A stretch of DNA of 63,911 nucleotides, filler included, from Blastocystis sp. subtype 4 (Eukaryota), in the NCBI RefSeq assembly GCF_000743755.1. It is 13 parts of 13 records of this genome, joined end to end, with 100 filler letters (N's around TTAATTAATTAA, not from the genome) between each part and the next. Parts side by side here need not be neighbours in the genome. Positions count along the whole stretch, not along the records: positions 19,431 to 24,161 come from NW_014569053.1; positions 24,262 to 28,943 come from NW_014569052.1; positions 29,044 to 33,722 come from NW_014569051.1; positions 33,823 to 38,506 come from NW_014569050.1; 9 more parts are not named here. One strand, written 5' to 3'. Shown here piece by piece: positions 23,167 to 35,993 of this stretch (position 1 is its first letter; every line of letters starts with the position of its first letter). The position numbers and the translations under genes are program-made. The notes under the pieces were generated by a model. It was not told the origin of the DNA. It did not search any database and worked only from the letters and a program-made list of their open reading frames with translations.

Positions 23167-24161
23167 TCAATACACCTTCTTTCGTCTTGTTATTACTGAT
23201 GCATGGATTTGATTTTGATTTTGTGGTAGAGCAGTCAGAATGCGTTTCTTTTTTTCGATAACTGCTTCTGTATCATTTTGGAGATTATCAATATCATAAC
23301 CAGATCCTTGTTGTTGTGTAGTACCATAACTAGCAATTTGATTAGCCATCTTATTAACACTTCCTTTAGCCATATCACCAACAACATCTGCTATTTCTTT
23401 CATTGTACTCGATCCAGTCTTATCTCCAACATATTGTACACCCTTGTTAATGTAATCTCCTGCAGTTTCAACAGCAGAATGTAATAGAATATCAGTAATA
23501 GGTTTCAACTTATCAGCATTATTACCATACCAAGATTTGATACTATTCCAAGCCTTCTTCATTGTATCACCAAACTTTCCAGATCCAACTCGAATAGCAC
23601 CACCATCACGAATAAGATTCTTTCTTTGACGTTCAATCATTTTCAAAGTCTTTAACATTTCAGGATACTTATCAGGTTCAACACCATCAATGAATACTGC
23701 AGCTGCTCCACCTAGTTTGATAGCACCACCTGAGTATTTCTTCCACCTTGGGCTTTCGAACTTTCCTTAATAGCAGATATGATTTGAGGAGCCATTTGAA
23801 TAAGTGTAGGTATAACTGTTGCAGCTAATGCACCAAGTGCTCCTCCTTTCTTCAAACCATAAGTTCATTCATCAATTGTTGTTCATTGAATGCTAGTGCT
23901 CCACCTTTGTTATTCATGCTTATAGCACCACCTTTGGAATAATTTCTGGTATTTCCAAATGAAAAGGCACCAGCTGTATTATTGTTCATACTAATTGCAC
24001 CACCTACGGTATTACCTGAAATACTAGAGGTATTTCTACCACCTTTGGATCTAGTAGACTTCTTGGTTTGATAATTACCTTCAAGTTTCTTATGCAGATT
24101 AAGTGTCTTTCTACGATCAACAATACTTCCGCTGTTTTGTTCACGAAAGTCGGGTTCACCA
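23167..24161 (-). CDS. Putative virion core precursor with repeated GG-A/R sites (5'-partial, frameshifts near 23860 and 23732)
   Basis: Manual translation gives 7 GGA and 2 GGR sites, amphipathic segments and a basic C-terminus TRRKKVY. Confidence 0.6.
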
Positions 24162-24262
24162 NNNNNNNNNNNNNNNNNNNNNNNNNNNNNNNNNNNNNNN
24201 NNNNNTTAATTAATTAANNNNNNNNNNNNNNNNNNNNNNNNNNNNNNNNNNNNNNNNNNNNA

Positions 24263-24340
24263 CTCTGTGAGGACCTCGAGATTCTTCAGACTAAGAAGAT
24301 GACCAATCCTTGGAAGAAGCATGGAAACATTCCTCTGTAA
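24263..24340 (+). CDS. PCCB: Propionyl-CoA carboxylase beta chain, C-terminus only
   Basis: LCEDLEILQTKKMTNPWKKHGNIPL*. Confidence 0.8.
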   Translation, partial: LCEDLEILQTKKMTNPWKKHGNIPL

Positions 24341-24398
24341 GCGCAATTTGGACCATGTTTGTTAGAAGTATTAAGTGCTGCATCCGCAACAAACAGCT

Positions 24399-25026
24399 CT
24401 AACTCCTTAAACTGTTCATCCAATCCAAAGGGTACTTCCCCTCTCTATCCACAATATCTAATTGAGCACCATGATACACTAAAAGCCGAATAATGTCTAT
24501 TTGATATACAGATTATTCATCTCACCATCGCGATTCTTCTCCTCTGCATAGTGAATCGGTGTTCTACCCTTTGAATCCTATTTGTTACTACGAAATATGT
24601 TCAATTTACTCTGCAGTTCACGTCTGCTTTATGGTCAATAAGTAAATGGATAATGTCACTATGGGCATCTACGAAACAATAAAAGACTATATCTACCTGA
24701 ACATGCATAATGAAGTGCAGAACACTGATTATGGTCGACAACATTGGGATTAGCACCATGCTCAAGTAAATACTGGACAGTCTATTATAACACGCTTTTA
24801 CGGTCCTCACTTCTTTTCTATTATTCCGTACAGCTACAACTCAAATGTGACAATCATAGGAACCCTCCATAAGCATTGTCAAACCATATTCATCTTGCTG
24901 GTTAATAACGGCTGATGGGTCAGAAACCTAGACATCACAAGAAAAACGAAAAGATGCCAGCTTCAACCTATCATCAATGGATAAATACTCTCCGTAGGCA
25001 GCAGCACTAAATAGATCCGTTTCCAT
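24399..25026 (-). CDS. Small ankyrin-repeat protein (spliced)
   Basis: LFSAA, SVLHF, IIHLLIDHKADVN, GRTPIHY, GKYPLD. Confidence 0.7.
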
Positions 25027-25082
25027 GGGAACAAACAAGAAAAGTAAAATCGCACAATATATAAAAGACAGATCACATTGGG

Positions 25083-27462
25083 TTAAAGATGAATCATGCT
25101 TTGTCCATTCCCATCCTTCTGTTGTTTTGCAGTCTGTGTAGCGGCACTCATCAAGGATTCCCATTTGCTATTTGTCAGCAATCCCCAAAGCTATTACCCA
25201 GTACTGTCTGCCGGTGCTGGCGAAAGACTGCGACGCAGAGCCAGAAGAGCTTGATATCCTTCATCCTGCTGAGGTATAGGAGTGGTTTCGGAAGGTCCAG
25301 ATAGCTGGGTAGTTTCAAGCACTGAGGATTGGGTAGGTTCCATCTATTTGAGAAAATATCGGTTGAACCTACCTCTCGAGGAGTCACAGACCGGAAGCGC
25401 TTCTCGCCCTCAAACCCTTCATATCCATGAGGAGTTACAGGAATTGAATATACATCATAGTAGTTCTTCTGTGACTGCATAGGAATGAATGGCATTGAGT
25501 TCGGATAAGTTGACATCACAGGCGAATAGGAGTAGATAGGACTCATGGTTTGTACTGGAGGAGACAAGGAAGGTTGCTGCATGGAGGAATAGGGGGCATA
25601 TCGTTTGGTTGATACCGATACAGGTGGTTGCTGAAGCTTCGGCTGCCATTGAGGGTATTGGGTGTATTGCATGTAAGGATATGACTTCTGAGAGACTTGA
25701 GGAGATTGGGGATATGCTCCCACAGTAGGTGAATGAATAGGTGTTAGATTCATGGAGGGCTGCAAAGTCTTATCAGTCTGGCGAGAAAACGAATAATCGG
25801 AATGAGATGAAGGGCATCTGAAATTGAAGATTTCCTTCTCAAAATCAATCAGATACTTGTTGTAACTAGAAATGAGAGACAAAAGTGGAATGTACATCTT
25901 CTTCAGTCGATAGGAGGCGGAGGTCTCAGTAGGAGAATAATTATCCACTCCACGATAGATGCGAGACCATGTGCCTTCCTTCTTGATGACATTCTCGCAA
26001 CCTCCATGTGCAGTGACTTCGCGGAAGAGTCGATAGAGATCAACTTCCCGCTTCCCCAGCATAGGCTGCTTGAATGTACCCTTGTTACAGTTTTTGATAA
26101 ACATCTTCAATCGATACATAAACTCTGCTTGTTCACGCATGTAAGTGGGAGTATGGATGGCGATATTCACTGTGTAATTGGACATGATGTTCTCAGGGAC
26201 ATTGCAGTTGCTGTATTTGGGATCCCAAATGTTCATACTACATTCGAAATTTGGTAACATAGTTTCCTCAAGAGAGCTACATCTTACAACCACGTCTAGA
26301 AATACATTGGAACGGCACGCTTCTTCTGGCACTTGCAACATTCGATGTAGTGGGTGGCGATGGACATGTCCCGACGATGATTGCTGACTGTCATGCAGTT
26401 AACGCCAGTCCGTAATACCCCATCCTCCTTGCTATCACCTTGTCCTCCAATCATAGGTGATTGGGATTGGGAAATGGAGGAAGAGTGAGGGTGCTGGATA
26501 GTAAGATCGACGGGTGAGTGGGGGATGGAGGTCTGCAGATGAGAAGAAGGAGAGAAAGTGACGATAGGACGTTCCGAAGCCGGGGAGATGGGGACAGGTG
26601 TGGAACTCTCACTTTTGACGACTGATACCGGTGCCGATTGATGAGAGACCGAAGTGCTCGCGGCAATAGGATCTAGGACTGAAAGATCGTTAAATGAGAA
26701 GAGATCCGAAAAATCAGGAGCAGGACACCCACTCATAGACATGATAAAGCTGTTCCACGCCGTCCGATACTGCTATAAATGAAGACAAGGACAAATAACT
26801 ACATTACAGAAAGGGAGTGAACAGCTAGAACTAACACACTGACGACTGTGAACTAAAAGAATCATGCGCAATATAGAGCACATTTTGCACTGCGTATCTG
26901 TACAAATAGAAGCATGACTAAGATCTCGCTTCAAAGGAGAGCACCAAGGATAGGAACAATGATTCAGTTGTTCGGAACATTCTGAAACGTGTTTCAGTTC
27001 AAAGAGGAAGCCTCGAACAATCGGTCGAGCTTCCTGCATCACTGCATACAAAAATGGAACAGAGGAAGTGGAAACTGATCCATCTGCTAAACGTACATTT
27101 ACCACTTTACCTCTCGTGAGCATTTCATGGACTATAAGTGAAATGACAAATCTAAACTAACGGCTCATGTAACCACCACTTCTACATTCAGAATCCTGCG
27201 TCGAAGTAGCATCTCCACTGTTCTTAATATATTCAGGAAGAGAAATTTCGGGTATGCTGTTTAAAGAATCACAACGAAGGCGACTATCTCCGACTGTTGC
27301 AGAATTGGTTGTCATTCCATCTTCATCCACTTCTGACCCTTCTTCTTCCACTAGACTTACCGTAGAACGATCGACTTGTTGTGGAGTATCTTCTTCTTCC
27401 GTTTGTCTTGTATCACCATTCCTTTCCTCTACTCCGTTCATGGAGTCTTGTTTCAACGACAT
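25083..27462 (-). CDS. TAZ zinc finger + CW zinc finger + ARID domain protein (spliced)
   Basis: ORFs 27157, 26773, 26296 and 25175 join through 29-30-nt GT-AG introns; HxxxC TAZ repeats; IECCKCQKKR...FECSMNIWDPKYSNC; VDLYRLFREVTAHGG. Confidence 0.8.
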
Positions 27463-27689
27463 TCAGAAATACTCTACGAAAGTGTAAGCACATTATTAGC
27501 CAACGTAAATAACAATTCCTACAAACTAATAAGATGGAATAACGGTTGAAGTGGTTTTACAAAGACACTTTTTAAAAACCTAGTGCCTTTAACACACTAT
27601 CCTATCGTATCAACGTAATATTATGGTGATTTCATACACCAATTTTTGATCTATTTGTTACGATTGTCTAACAATAGGGAAAAAGAAAA

Positions 27690-27762
27690 TGGATAATACG
27701 GGCATCGATCCCGTTACCTATCGCATGCAAAGCGATCGCTCTACCATTTGAGCTAATTACCC
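27690..27762 (-). tRNA. tRNA-Ala(TGC)
   Basis: Cloverleaf, anticodon loop TTTGCAT, G3:U70 pair, downstream T-run. Confidence 0.93.
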
Positions 27763-28849
27763 ACTTATTCTCTTTCTTAGATTGAACCTAATAAGAGACA
27801 TAGAAGAAGGTGGAAACATAAGAAATGCTTTGTTGCAATTGTTTTGTTCATGGATATATCTGTTGCAACTGTACTGTAGGTGATACAAAGGATAATTGTT
27901 GTTGGAATAATGACAAGAGGATGGCATTAATTTGCGCTGACAACCAGTAATTTGAGTTGGGACTGATGATATTTCTAGAATTGGATCATCATTACTGATG
28001 ATTTCTTTGCTGAGTTATCTTAAGCGGAATCCTGAGAGTCATGTGGTTTTGTTGAAGCACAAGTAGGGACTCGATTGAGTCATTTCCCATAGGCAGCAAG
28101 TGGATTCATTCCGTGTTCTGTTTCTTGATGAAAAGAGTATTTCGGATGCTTGTCTAAAACGAATTCACATCAAGTAGATAGCAAGATTCTTCTTCTAGCA
28201 TAGATATCTCTCTACATATCATGAAGTTAACAAATTCATTGTTGCTGCTTCGGCTGGATATCATTTTTCCTTAATTGCTATCGATAATTGGAATATGTTC
28301 TATGAGTTTGTTGATGGAACTGAATACAGAGATGACAGTATGTTGGAACGAAATAGAACTATTGCTCTTTTGAAGCAATGTGGATGCCCTGTTCGTGTTG
28401 TCGATAATGGATTGACTCTCTCTCGTCTTCGACAAACTGAGAATGTTATTCGATACTGGTTTGAGGATGTGTTTGTGGCTCGGAGTTAGATTGTTGTTGA
28501 ATGCTTATCAATAGGGAGAACCGTTTCGGATTATAGCCTGACAAATCTCTTTGGCAGTGAACAAGATGGTCATCCAATGGAATGTTCGTTCTCTGCTGAC
28601 CATATTATTGCTTTTAGTGGTCTTAGTAACCACGACTAGGGCATACATCGTTGTAACTCTATTATCACTCCATTTCACGACTTCTTGTCACTACAAGGTG
28701 GTGACAGAATATTCTATCCACTTTTCTATGTTTGTTCACAGAACCGCGGAATTGATGCAATAGTCTTTTTGTATTGTCCTTTCACAGTATTGTTCAAGTA
28801 AGTAATTTACTTTTTCATTCATGTTGCATTCTAAGGATCTGTAGGATAA

Positions 28850-28943
28850 ATGAAGCATAACAACGTTTTGCCTAATGCTCACTTCAAGAAGGATTGGGAT
28901 CGTCGTGTGAAGACTTGGTTCGACCAAGCTGGACAGAAGAGAC
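28850..28943 (+). CDS. RPL13: 60S ribosomal protein eL13, N-terminus
   Basis: [30 protein letters not shown]. Confidence 0.9.
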
Positions 28944-29168
28944 NNNNNNNNNNNNNNNNNNNNNNNNNNNNNNNNNNNNNNNNNNNNTTAATTAATTAAN
29001 NNNNNNNNNNNNNNNNNNNNNNNNNNNNNNNNNNNNNNNNNNNAACAATGTCAAATAACTTGAAGAGTGTATTGCAATAGACTTATTCTTTGTGAGTTGC
29101 TTCTCTGTTGTTTTAGTCCTGTTGGTTGTTTGTTTGGATGAATAATGAGGAGTAGAAGTGAATTGGAT

Positions 29169-30282
29169 ATGTATAGAACTGGTCTGAGGAAGTGTTTTGG
29201 ATTCACAGGACAAGGATCTCAGTGGGTTGGAATGGGACGATCATTGGTACAGAAATATCCAGAATTGTTGAAAGTGATTGAAGAAGTGAATTCGGTACTG
29301 GGCTATGATTTGTCAACAGTTATGTTTGAAGGAAGTGAAGTTTGTTCTGGAAAGATTATTTGATGTGTCATAGAGTGAATTGAAGAACACTCGTAATTCT
29401 CAACTCGCAATCTTCACTTATTCAGCCATGATTTTGGAAACTATGAAGGTTCTAGATTGATTCAGTAATGATATCTAGAAGAAAGAATGTCATCCAATCT
29501 CTGATTCCACAACATTGTTGATGATGGGTCATTCGGTTGGAGAATATACTGCTCTGTATGCTGCAGAATCGCTAAGTCTTCATGATTGTGCCGTTTTGTT
29601 GGTACTACAACAAGGTTGATCTTATGAATAGAAGAAGCGAGCTGATGTGATGATAGATGCTTGCAAAGGAATTGACGGTGGTATGATTGCTGTTCTATTC
29701 TGTCCATTACCTGTATTAATGAACCTGGTCTCGGATTTAGCAAAGGAAGGTTCTTTGTGTGAAATTGCGAATATCAATAGCCCAAAGCAGATTGTTGTTA
29801 GTGGAGAGAGGGGAGTATTGGATGAACTAACGCGACGACTCAAATCAGGAAAGGAGACCAGACGGTGTAAAGTGATTCCTTTGAATGTCAACTATCCATT
29901 TCATTGTTCAGTTATGAAACTAGCTACTCTTGAACTGGATCAATTCGTTCATGACAGTCTTCAGAGGCATGATATTGAGCTTCGGGATCCTAAGATTCCT
30001 GTATTGTCCAACGTCGATAGTTACCCTGTTTGGTAGTATTGTTGATGTGATCTCCAGATGAGAACAAAGGAGGATGTAATTAATCGGATTGGAAAGCAGA
30101 TATGTAGTCCTGTACTTTGGGAGAAGTGTGTTTGTGAAGCAGTAGAACGAGGTATGAATCAATTTATCGAAATTGGTCCAAAACCTGTTCTTGGAGGACT
30201 TGTTGGTACGGTCAATAAACAGATTGAAGTAATGTAGATTGTACACTTGGAGTTCAATCATAGTGAAATGTGTGACATTTAG
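29169..30282 (+). CDS. MCAT: Malonyl-CoA:ACP transacylase (spliced)
   Basis: FTGQGSQWVGMG, GHSVGEY, ANINSPKQIVVSG, PFHC, EIGPKPVL. Confidence 0.9.
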
Positions 30283-30468
30283 TTTGTTTATCTTTAATGG
30301 ATTGTTATTTATATATAATCTATGTTTGTTTGGACAAATAGGAATGATGAGTGTTTTCTGAAAAGTGTTATTGTGTCTATCACTCACATTTGATGCAACA
30401 AGTGAAATGACAATTTTCATCAAGGCATCTTCGCTCATTGTTTCTCAAAGAAGAGTAATAGGAAAGCA

Positions 30469-32940
30469 ATGAATATGCTAGAGAAACTTAAAAAGCTGGG
30501 AAAACCAGAGGTGGAAGTAAAGAAACGTCGTCCAACAAAGAAGGTCCATGTTCGTTACATTGTTCTATTTGTAATTGAATAGGACAAATCAGCAAAGTGG
30601 GCATTGAGATTTCCATCTACACCCTACGATAAGTATATTGAGGAGGGAAGAGGGATTTCGTCAAGGAAGAGAGGAAATGCTTGGTTCGAACTGAGTGGAG
30701 GAAAAGAATTGCGTGATCAGAATGGGAAGGAGTACTATAACCGAATTGTCAAAGAATCTGCTGCTGATACGACTAGTAAGGATGCAGTTCAGATTGAAAA
30801 GGATCTAATGAGGTAGTTCACTGTGACTGTATTCAGTATAGGACATCTATACGAGGAAAGGATGTAATGACACCTGAAGACGTTGAAAACTTAAGGGAGG
30901 TATTGAAAGCTGTTGCTTATGAGATGAGATGTTGATATTCGGGAGTAGAATGATTATTAGTGGAGGGTGGTTATTGTCAATCGATGAACTTCATTGCTGC
31001 CCTTCTACTCATGTATATGGACAATGAATTAGCATTCTATACTCAAGTATGTCTGACTCGAAATCTGTTCAATGGATATTTCACAGATGAGCTGGTATCG
31101 ATAATTGAATTCCCTAATCCTAGTTTGGAATGCGTGTTGATGAACGTATATTTACGTATCTCCTTGCAGAGAAGCTACCTGAATTAACGGACCATTTCAG
31201 TGAATGTGACATTTCTCTAACCAATCTCACATTCCATTGGTTCCTCTGTCTGTTTATCAATGTATTACCATTAGAAGTGACAGAGTATATTTGGTAATCA
31301 TTGGGAGGAAGTTTCATTCTAGGGATCGTATTTTCTACTTCGGGTCTCATGTGGTGCATGCATCTGCTATGTCCATCTTCATTCATTATCAGAAGGAATT
31401 AATGCGTTTATCGGATTTGGAAGAAATTGTAGTGTTTATGAATGGTAAGTTCATGGGTCAAGAATGAAGTGAAGAGAAACTGGAACATACTCCAGTTGAA
31501 ACATTTAGTAAGATGGATACCCTGGGTATCACCCTACCTCGTATTCGAATCATGCGTATTGATTATGCTGAGACATTAAGGTAATAATAGAGGAGATGAG
31601 TTAGTGATAGAGAGGAAGAATCGATGATGAAGAAAGAGATGGCTCGTACTGTTTCTATGTCAGTAGGTCGTCAGATGAGTATCCGAATGTCGATGACTCG
31701 TCTTGTATCGACTGTAAGATTCTTGGGGAGTAAATGATATATAGAAAGCTTTGAATGATCCTTCATTACAAGCATCAGATCTACAACTCTCATTGGATGT
31801 AGTAATGAAGATCAAGGAGGCAGTGGGCGAATATGTGCTTCAACATTGTGCAGAGTCATTTGGTGTGAGTGTGGAGAAGTTGAATAGCAAACAGATTCGT
31901 GATTATTGTTATGCTGGATTCAATCAAGATGAGTTCATTTCAGTAGGACTAAGAATAATGACTGAAGACTAGTTATGGTCATTGTTGATGCGAAAGGAAG
32001 TTATTCCTCTTCAGAATACCAGTGTCTGTGTTGAACTGTTCAAAGAGTATCAACGGACACGAAGCTCGAGTCTGATTGTGGATATTCGTGAAGTGTTAAT
32101 TGGACTAATGTTCTTGGTACAGGAGAAGGTCGATGCCTATGTTCGCTTGTTCTACTACTTCAGTGTCTTTGATTTGAAGAGTGAAGGGGTTATTAGTCGT
32201 TCTTCTGTTCATGATTTGATCACTGCTGTGTATGTGTTCAGTGATCGAGTCATTGATAGATATGAGAGTTGTCATGAAGTGACAGATGTCCAGCGTGCTG
32301 CTGACAAATATGTGAATATTATATTTGCTGTCAATACTCAATCACCAGATGTGATGTCTTTCCAGGAGTTCCGTAGTCTAATTCTGATGCAACCTCAGAT
32401 TGGAACATTTTTACAGCTGGTCGATTTGCAGGCTGAAGAGTATGTTTGAGGAAGAATGATAAGATAGGAGTGATGAGTCATTATCTCCCATGTCCAGTGA
32501 TGAGCAGATGCGAACTCCTTCAACTGATCTGCTTCATTTGGATGAACTGCCTCCTGTATTGGCCCAACATCCTTTTGTTCAGTCTGCCAAGGCTCTACCT
32601 GAAACCATACAACTGGATTTAGGTTCATTCTTACAGGACATGGCTGTGATTGTTCAAGAGAGAGATCAATTGAAGAATGAAGTCAATAAAAGTCCGGATA
32701 TTTGGAATGGAATGATATGTAGGTGTGGGTCCTTCAGCATATCGTGATTCGATTCGTAAGTCGATTCGATTATCATCCAATCGATTGCTAAGTGTCCCCC
32801 TTACTGGTTCAAGACAGATACATACAGAGAGCATGGAAATGATTCGTGAAGAGGATGACGATACAACTGGATTGCAGCGAGATGCCGTAAAGCCCGTGAA
32901 ATCTGTAGACGTGAAGATGAGTGTAAGAAGAAGAACTTGA
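30469..32940 (+). CDS. TBC-domain Rab GAP with EF-hand-like region (spliced)
   Basis: QIEKDLMR, GYCQSMNFIAALLL, WFLCLF; FSVFDLKSEGVIS. Confidence 0.82.
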
Positions 32941-33057
32941 GAATTGTTTGTTAGTAAATAGGAAAACTATACAGGACCCAATAGAAAACAGTACCATATA
33001 TTCATTGGAGTCCTATTTGATGAATCCTTTTTGTTCGTACACGCTCAAACAATAGTT

Positions 33058-33722
33058 ATGGAATCTCAGAATCCAACTAGAGATGTCAACCTTTTGAAGC
33101 CTCTTCCATTTAATGAGGGAGATCGGTTTTTCTTATAGAATGGGATGATAGATTAGGCTTTCTATTCTAAGCAGACAGCAAAGTGTCGCTCGTATAAATG
33201 CAATTCCTACAAAGAAATTGTTGTTCCAAATTTTGGTTTTATGACTTTGTAGGATCATCAATGACACGAAAGCCAATGAAAAGGAGAACTTTGCTTCAAA
33301 TTGTGTAGTGACATCCAAATATACGTGGTGGAACTTTCTTTTGTTATTTTTGTGGGAAAACCTTAATCCTTGGAATAAGTTTGCTAACTTTTATTTTGTT
33401 TGCGTTGCTATTTGCGAAGTAAGTTGAATAACATGAATAACAGCGAAGTGTATTCCTCAGATTTCAATTACCAATGGTAAGCCCGAATCATTGACTTCTC
33501 TATTATTTGTACTATGTGTAGAGGCGATAACCTCAAGTAGGAAAGGGAATGGAATGTGATGTAGTTCGTGAGGATTACAATCGTCACCAAGCTGATAAGA
33601 AATCCAATAACAATCTAGTTGAAGTGTTGAACAAAGAAACGAAGCAATTCGAGAAGAGAGCTCAGGGATCCATTCTTGTTGGGGATATTGTGAAAGTGAA
33701 TGAGGGAGATATCTTTCCAGCG
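33058..33722 (+). CDS. P4-type ATPase (lipid flippase), 5' part
   Basis: SNCVVTSKYTWWNF, ANFYF, VGDIVKVNEGDIFPA. Confidence 0.85.
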
Positions 33723-33822
33723 NNNNNNNNNNNNNNNNNNNNNNNNNNNNNNNNNNNNNNNNNNNNTTAATTAATTAANNNNNNNNNNNNNNNNNNNNNN
33801 NNNNNNNNNNNNNNNNNNNNNN

Positions 33823-34383
33823 GAAGTACTGAGTATTGTATGAAGTGATAGAAGAAGATCCGAGAATGATTGATATCCATTGATTATCATTGAATGAATT
33901 CATAAACCAATTAGGATGATAACTATCACTGTATCTCCAAGTATCATTCTTATTGATAGGAGAATACAAACCAAATTGATAACTCTCTTGACTAACATAT
34001 CTACTCATAATGTTCTTGAAGACAGTATTATCATTGATATCATTCACTGAGATGAATCCAATATTAAACCATCCCTCACTAGCTGAATCTTTCATGATAA
34101 GAGTATAGATATGATTAGAAGAAGCATTCAAACAGACTTCATACACATAATGTTCCCAACCACTACTAAATGAAGGAGAAGTGAATAGAACAGAAGAACC
34201 AGATACAATCTCAAATGACTCTCGATTAGGATAATCGCCAGTTCTCTTAGTGATCATAGCATAATCTTGATTAGATGAACATTGAATAGAGTAAGAAAGG
34301 ATAACTAGAAATGAGAGTAGAATGAAGAATGAAACAGAATGAGAAGAATAGAATGAGATGATTGATACTACAATCAACAACAA
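33823..34383 (-). CDS. Large surface-protein family member, 5' part
   Basis: LYSPINKNDTWRYS...FNDNQW motif shared with the 43390 and 59887 genes. Confidence 0.7.
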
Positions 34384-35600
34384 TCATATCAAGAAATATA
34401 TGGATGGATGAAAACTAACTGACAAGAATCCTGTTATTATCAGTAATGGATGTGATAGATATGCTATTGATGATTATGAAATATGAATAGAATTGATATG
34501 ATATGAGAGTGTAGATATAAATGGAAACATCAGATGTAAGTAATGTTATATGAATGATGATAATGATATTCCCGTGATTGTATTCAGTAATATTGAATAG
34601 GAATGAAAAGATGATAGTAGAATATAGTAGAATAGTGAGATATGAATGTAAGTGAATGTGGATTGAAATGAATGAAATGGGCTAATGTGGAATGGCGTAA
34701 TTGGGGATCCGAATTGTGGTAAGAATGAAATGAATGTCGTTGCGCTGTAATGTAATTGTATGAGTAACACAGAATTGATAGTGTTTGATTGTGATATTGG
34801 ATTTGATGAAAGGATAAGGATAATATGAGTGAATGATTGAAAGAATGTGATAATTGATATGTTTGTTGTAGTTATGATTGTTTGAAAGTAATGTGTTTGA
34901 TATGAGTTAGTATGTGTTGATTGGTAATTGATATGATATGAGAATGGAGATGATTCCAGTAGTCTGATGATAACAGATAATCGAATGTTTCTGGTATTGA
35001 ATAATCAGCCATTGATGAATTGAATTGATTCCCGTGAATCAGTTTTAGGTAACAGTGAATGGAAATACAGTTATATTCATATCGAATAAGAAAAATGAGT
35101 GATGATAAGAGAATGAAAGTAGATAATGTTGAATCAATATCAAAGAAGATGAATGAAGTAGAATGGAGAATGAAGTGGAAAGAAGTAGTAGTAATTTGAC
35201 GTAAGTTACGTATTTTTAAGAAGGCAGACAAAAGGGCAAGAAGCGGGCCTTCAACCCTGGGTAGCTATACAGGCAAAAAGGTAGGTAAAAAAGCCACAAA
35301 CGCAGACAAAAACGAGACAAAAAGGCAGACAAAATGGTCGCAAAAGGCAGGAAATCTAATTGAAAAATGAAATGGTAACGTAAAAGACTCTGAAAAACAC
35401 TCAATAAACGTACGAAAATTGGAAACATATCGAACCGATTTCGAGTCAAATGATGGGAGAATAAGAACGAAAATGTTGTCAGTAATCTTGTGGCAGTGGT
35501 TGGTAATCTTGTGGCAACGGTCATCAAAGTGAAAGAGTCCTTTCACCAACCAACAAGCTGCTATGCAGCTTTGATGAGCTTCCATAATCTTATCACAATC

Positions 35601-35954
35601 ATGTTGTTTGATTGTAATGAAAGATTTCTCACATTAATAAACAGTATGACATTTCCTAATGATATGATTCAACGATTCATTTCACAAATGATAGATCACA
35701 TCTTAACAACATATTCATCTCATATACCAGATTCATTTGTTGTTAATGATAAACTACTCTATACAATGATTCACAACTATGGACAACATGTTAGTTCATA
35801 TCCATTTGATGGTTATTATGTTCATGTTAGTAATCAACGATACAAACTACTCTTATCAGAATCATCATTCTGTGATTATGGTATACACATAATGAAAGAT
35901 TCTGAATCATCTGATACACCACTTGATTGTTCAAAATGGAAGTATCAACATTGA
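35601..35954 (+). CDS. Viral hypothetical protein
   Basis: First ORF after the TIR; start codon uncertain. Confidence 0.45.
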   Translation: MLFDCNERFLTLINSMTFPNDMIQRFISQMIDHILTTYSSHIPDSFVVNDKLLYTMIHNYGQHVSSYPFDGYYVHVSNQRYKLLLSESSFCDYGIHIMKDSESSDTPLDCSKWKYQH

Positions 35955-35993
35955 TTTCGGAATGATGATTTCCTTTTCTTTTCATATTACTAA

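Larger units (their letters stand above)
19431..24161. mobile_element. Morphogenesis module of an endogenous Polinton-like virus (entire contig)
   Basis: Intron-free, tightly packed genes for pentons, packaging ATPase, adenain-like protease and core precursor. Confidence 0.88.

Noticed and set aside
19431..24161. Major capsid protein or integrase gene
   Set aside because: No ORF of suitable size or motif content in this window, so virion competence cannot be claimed
29169..30282. FabD-like gene as bacterial contamination
   Set aside because: Has spliceosomal-type introns and shares a contig with a Rab GAP and a P4-ATPase
29169..33722. Fragmented host ORFs read as pseudogenes or an alternative genetic code
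   Set aside because: The breaks I checked are resolved by ~30-nt GT-AG introns
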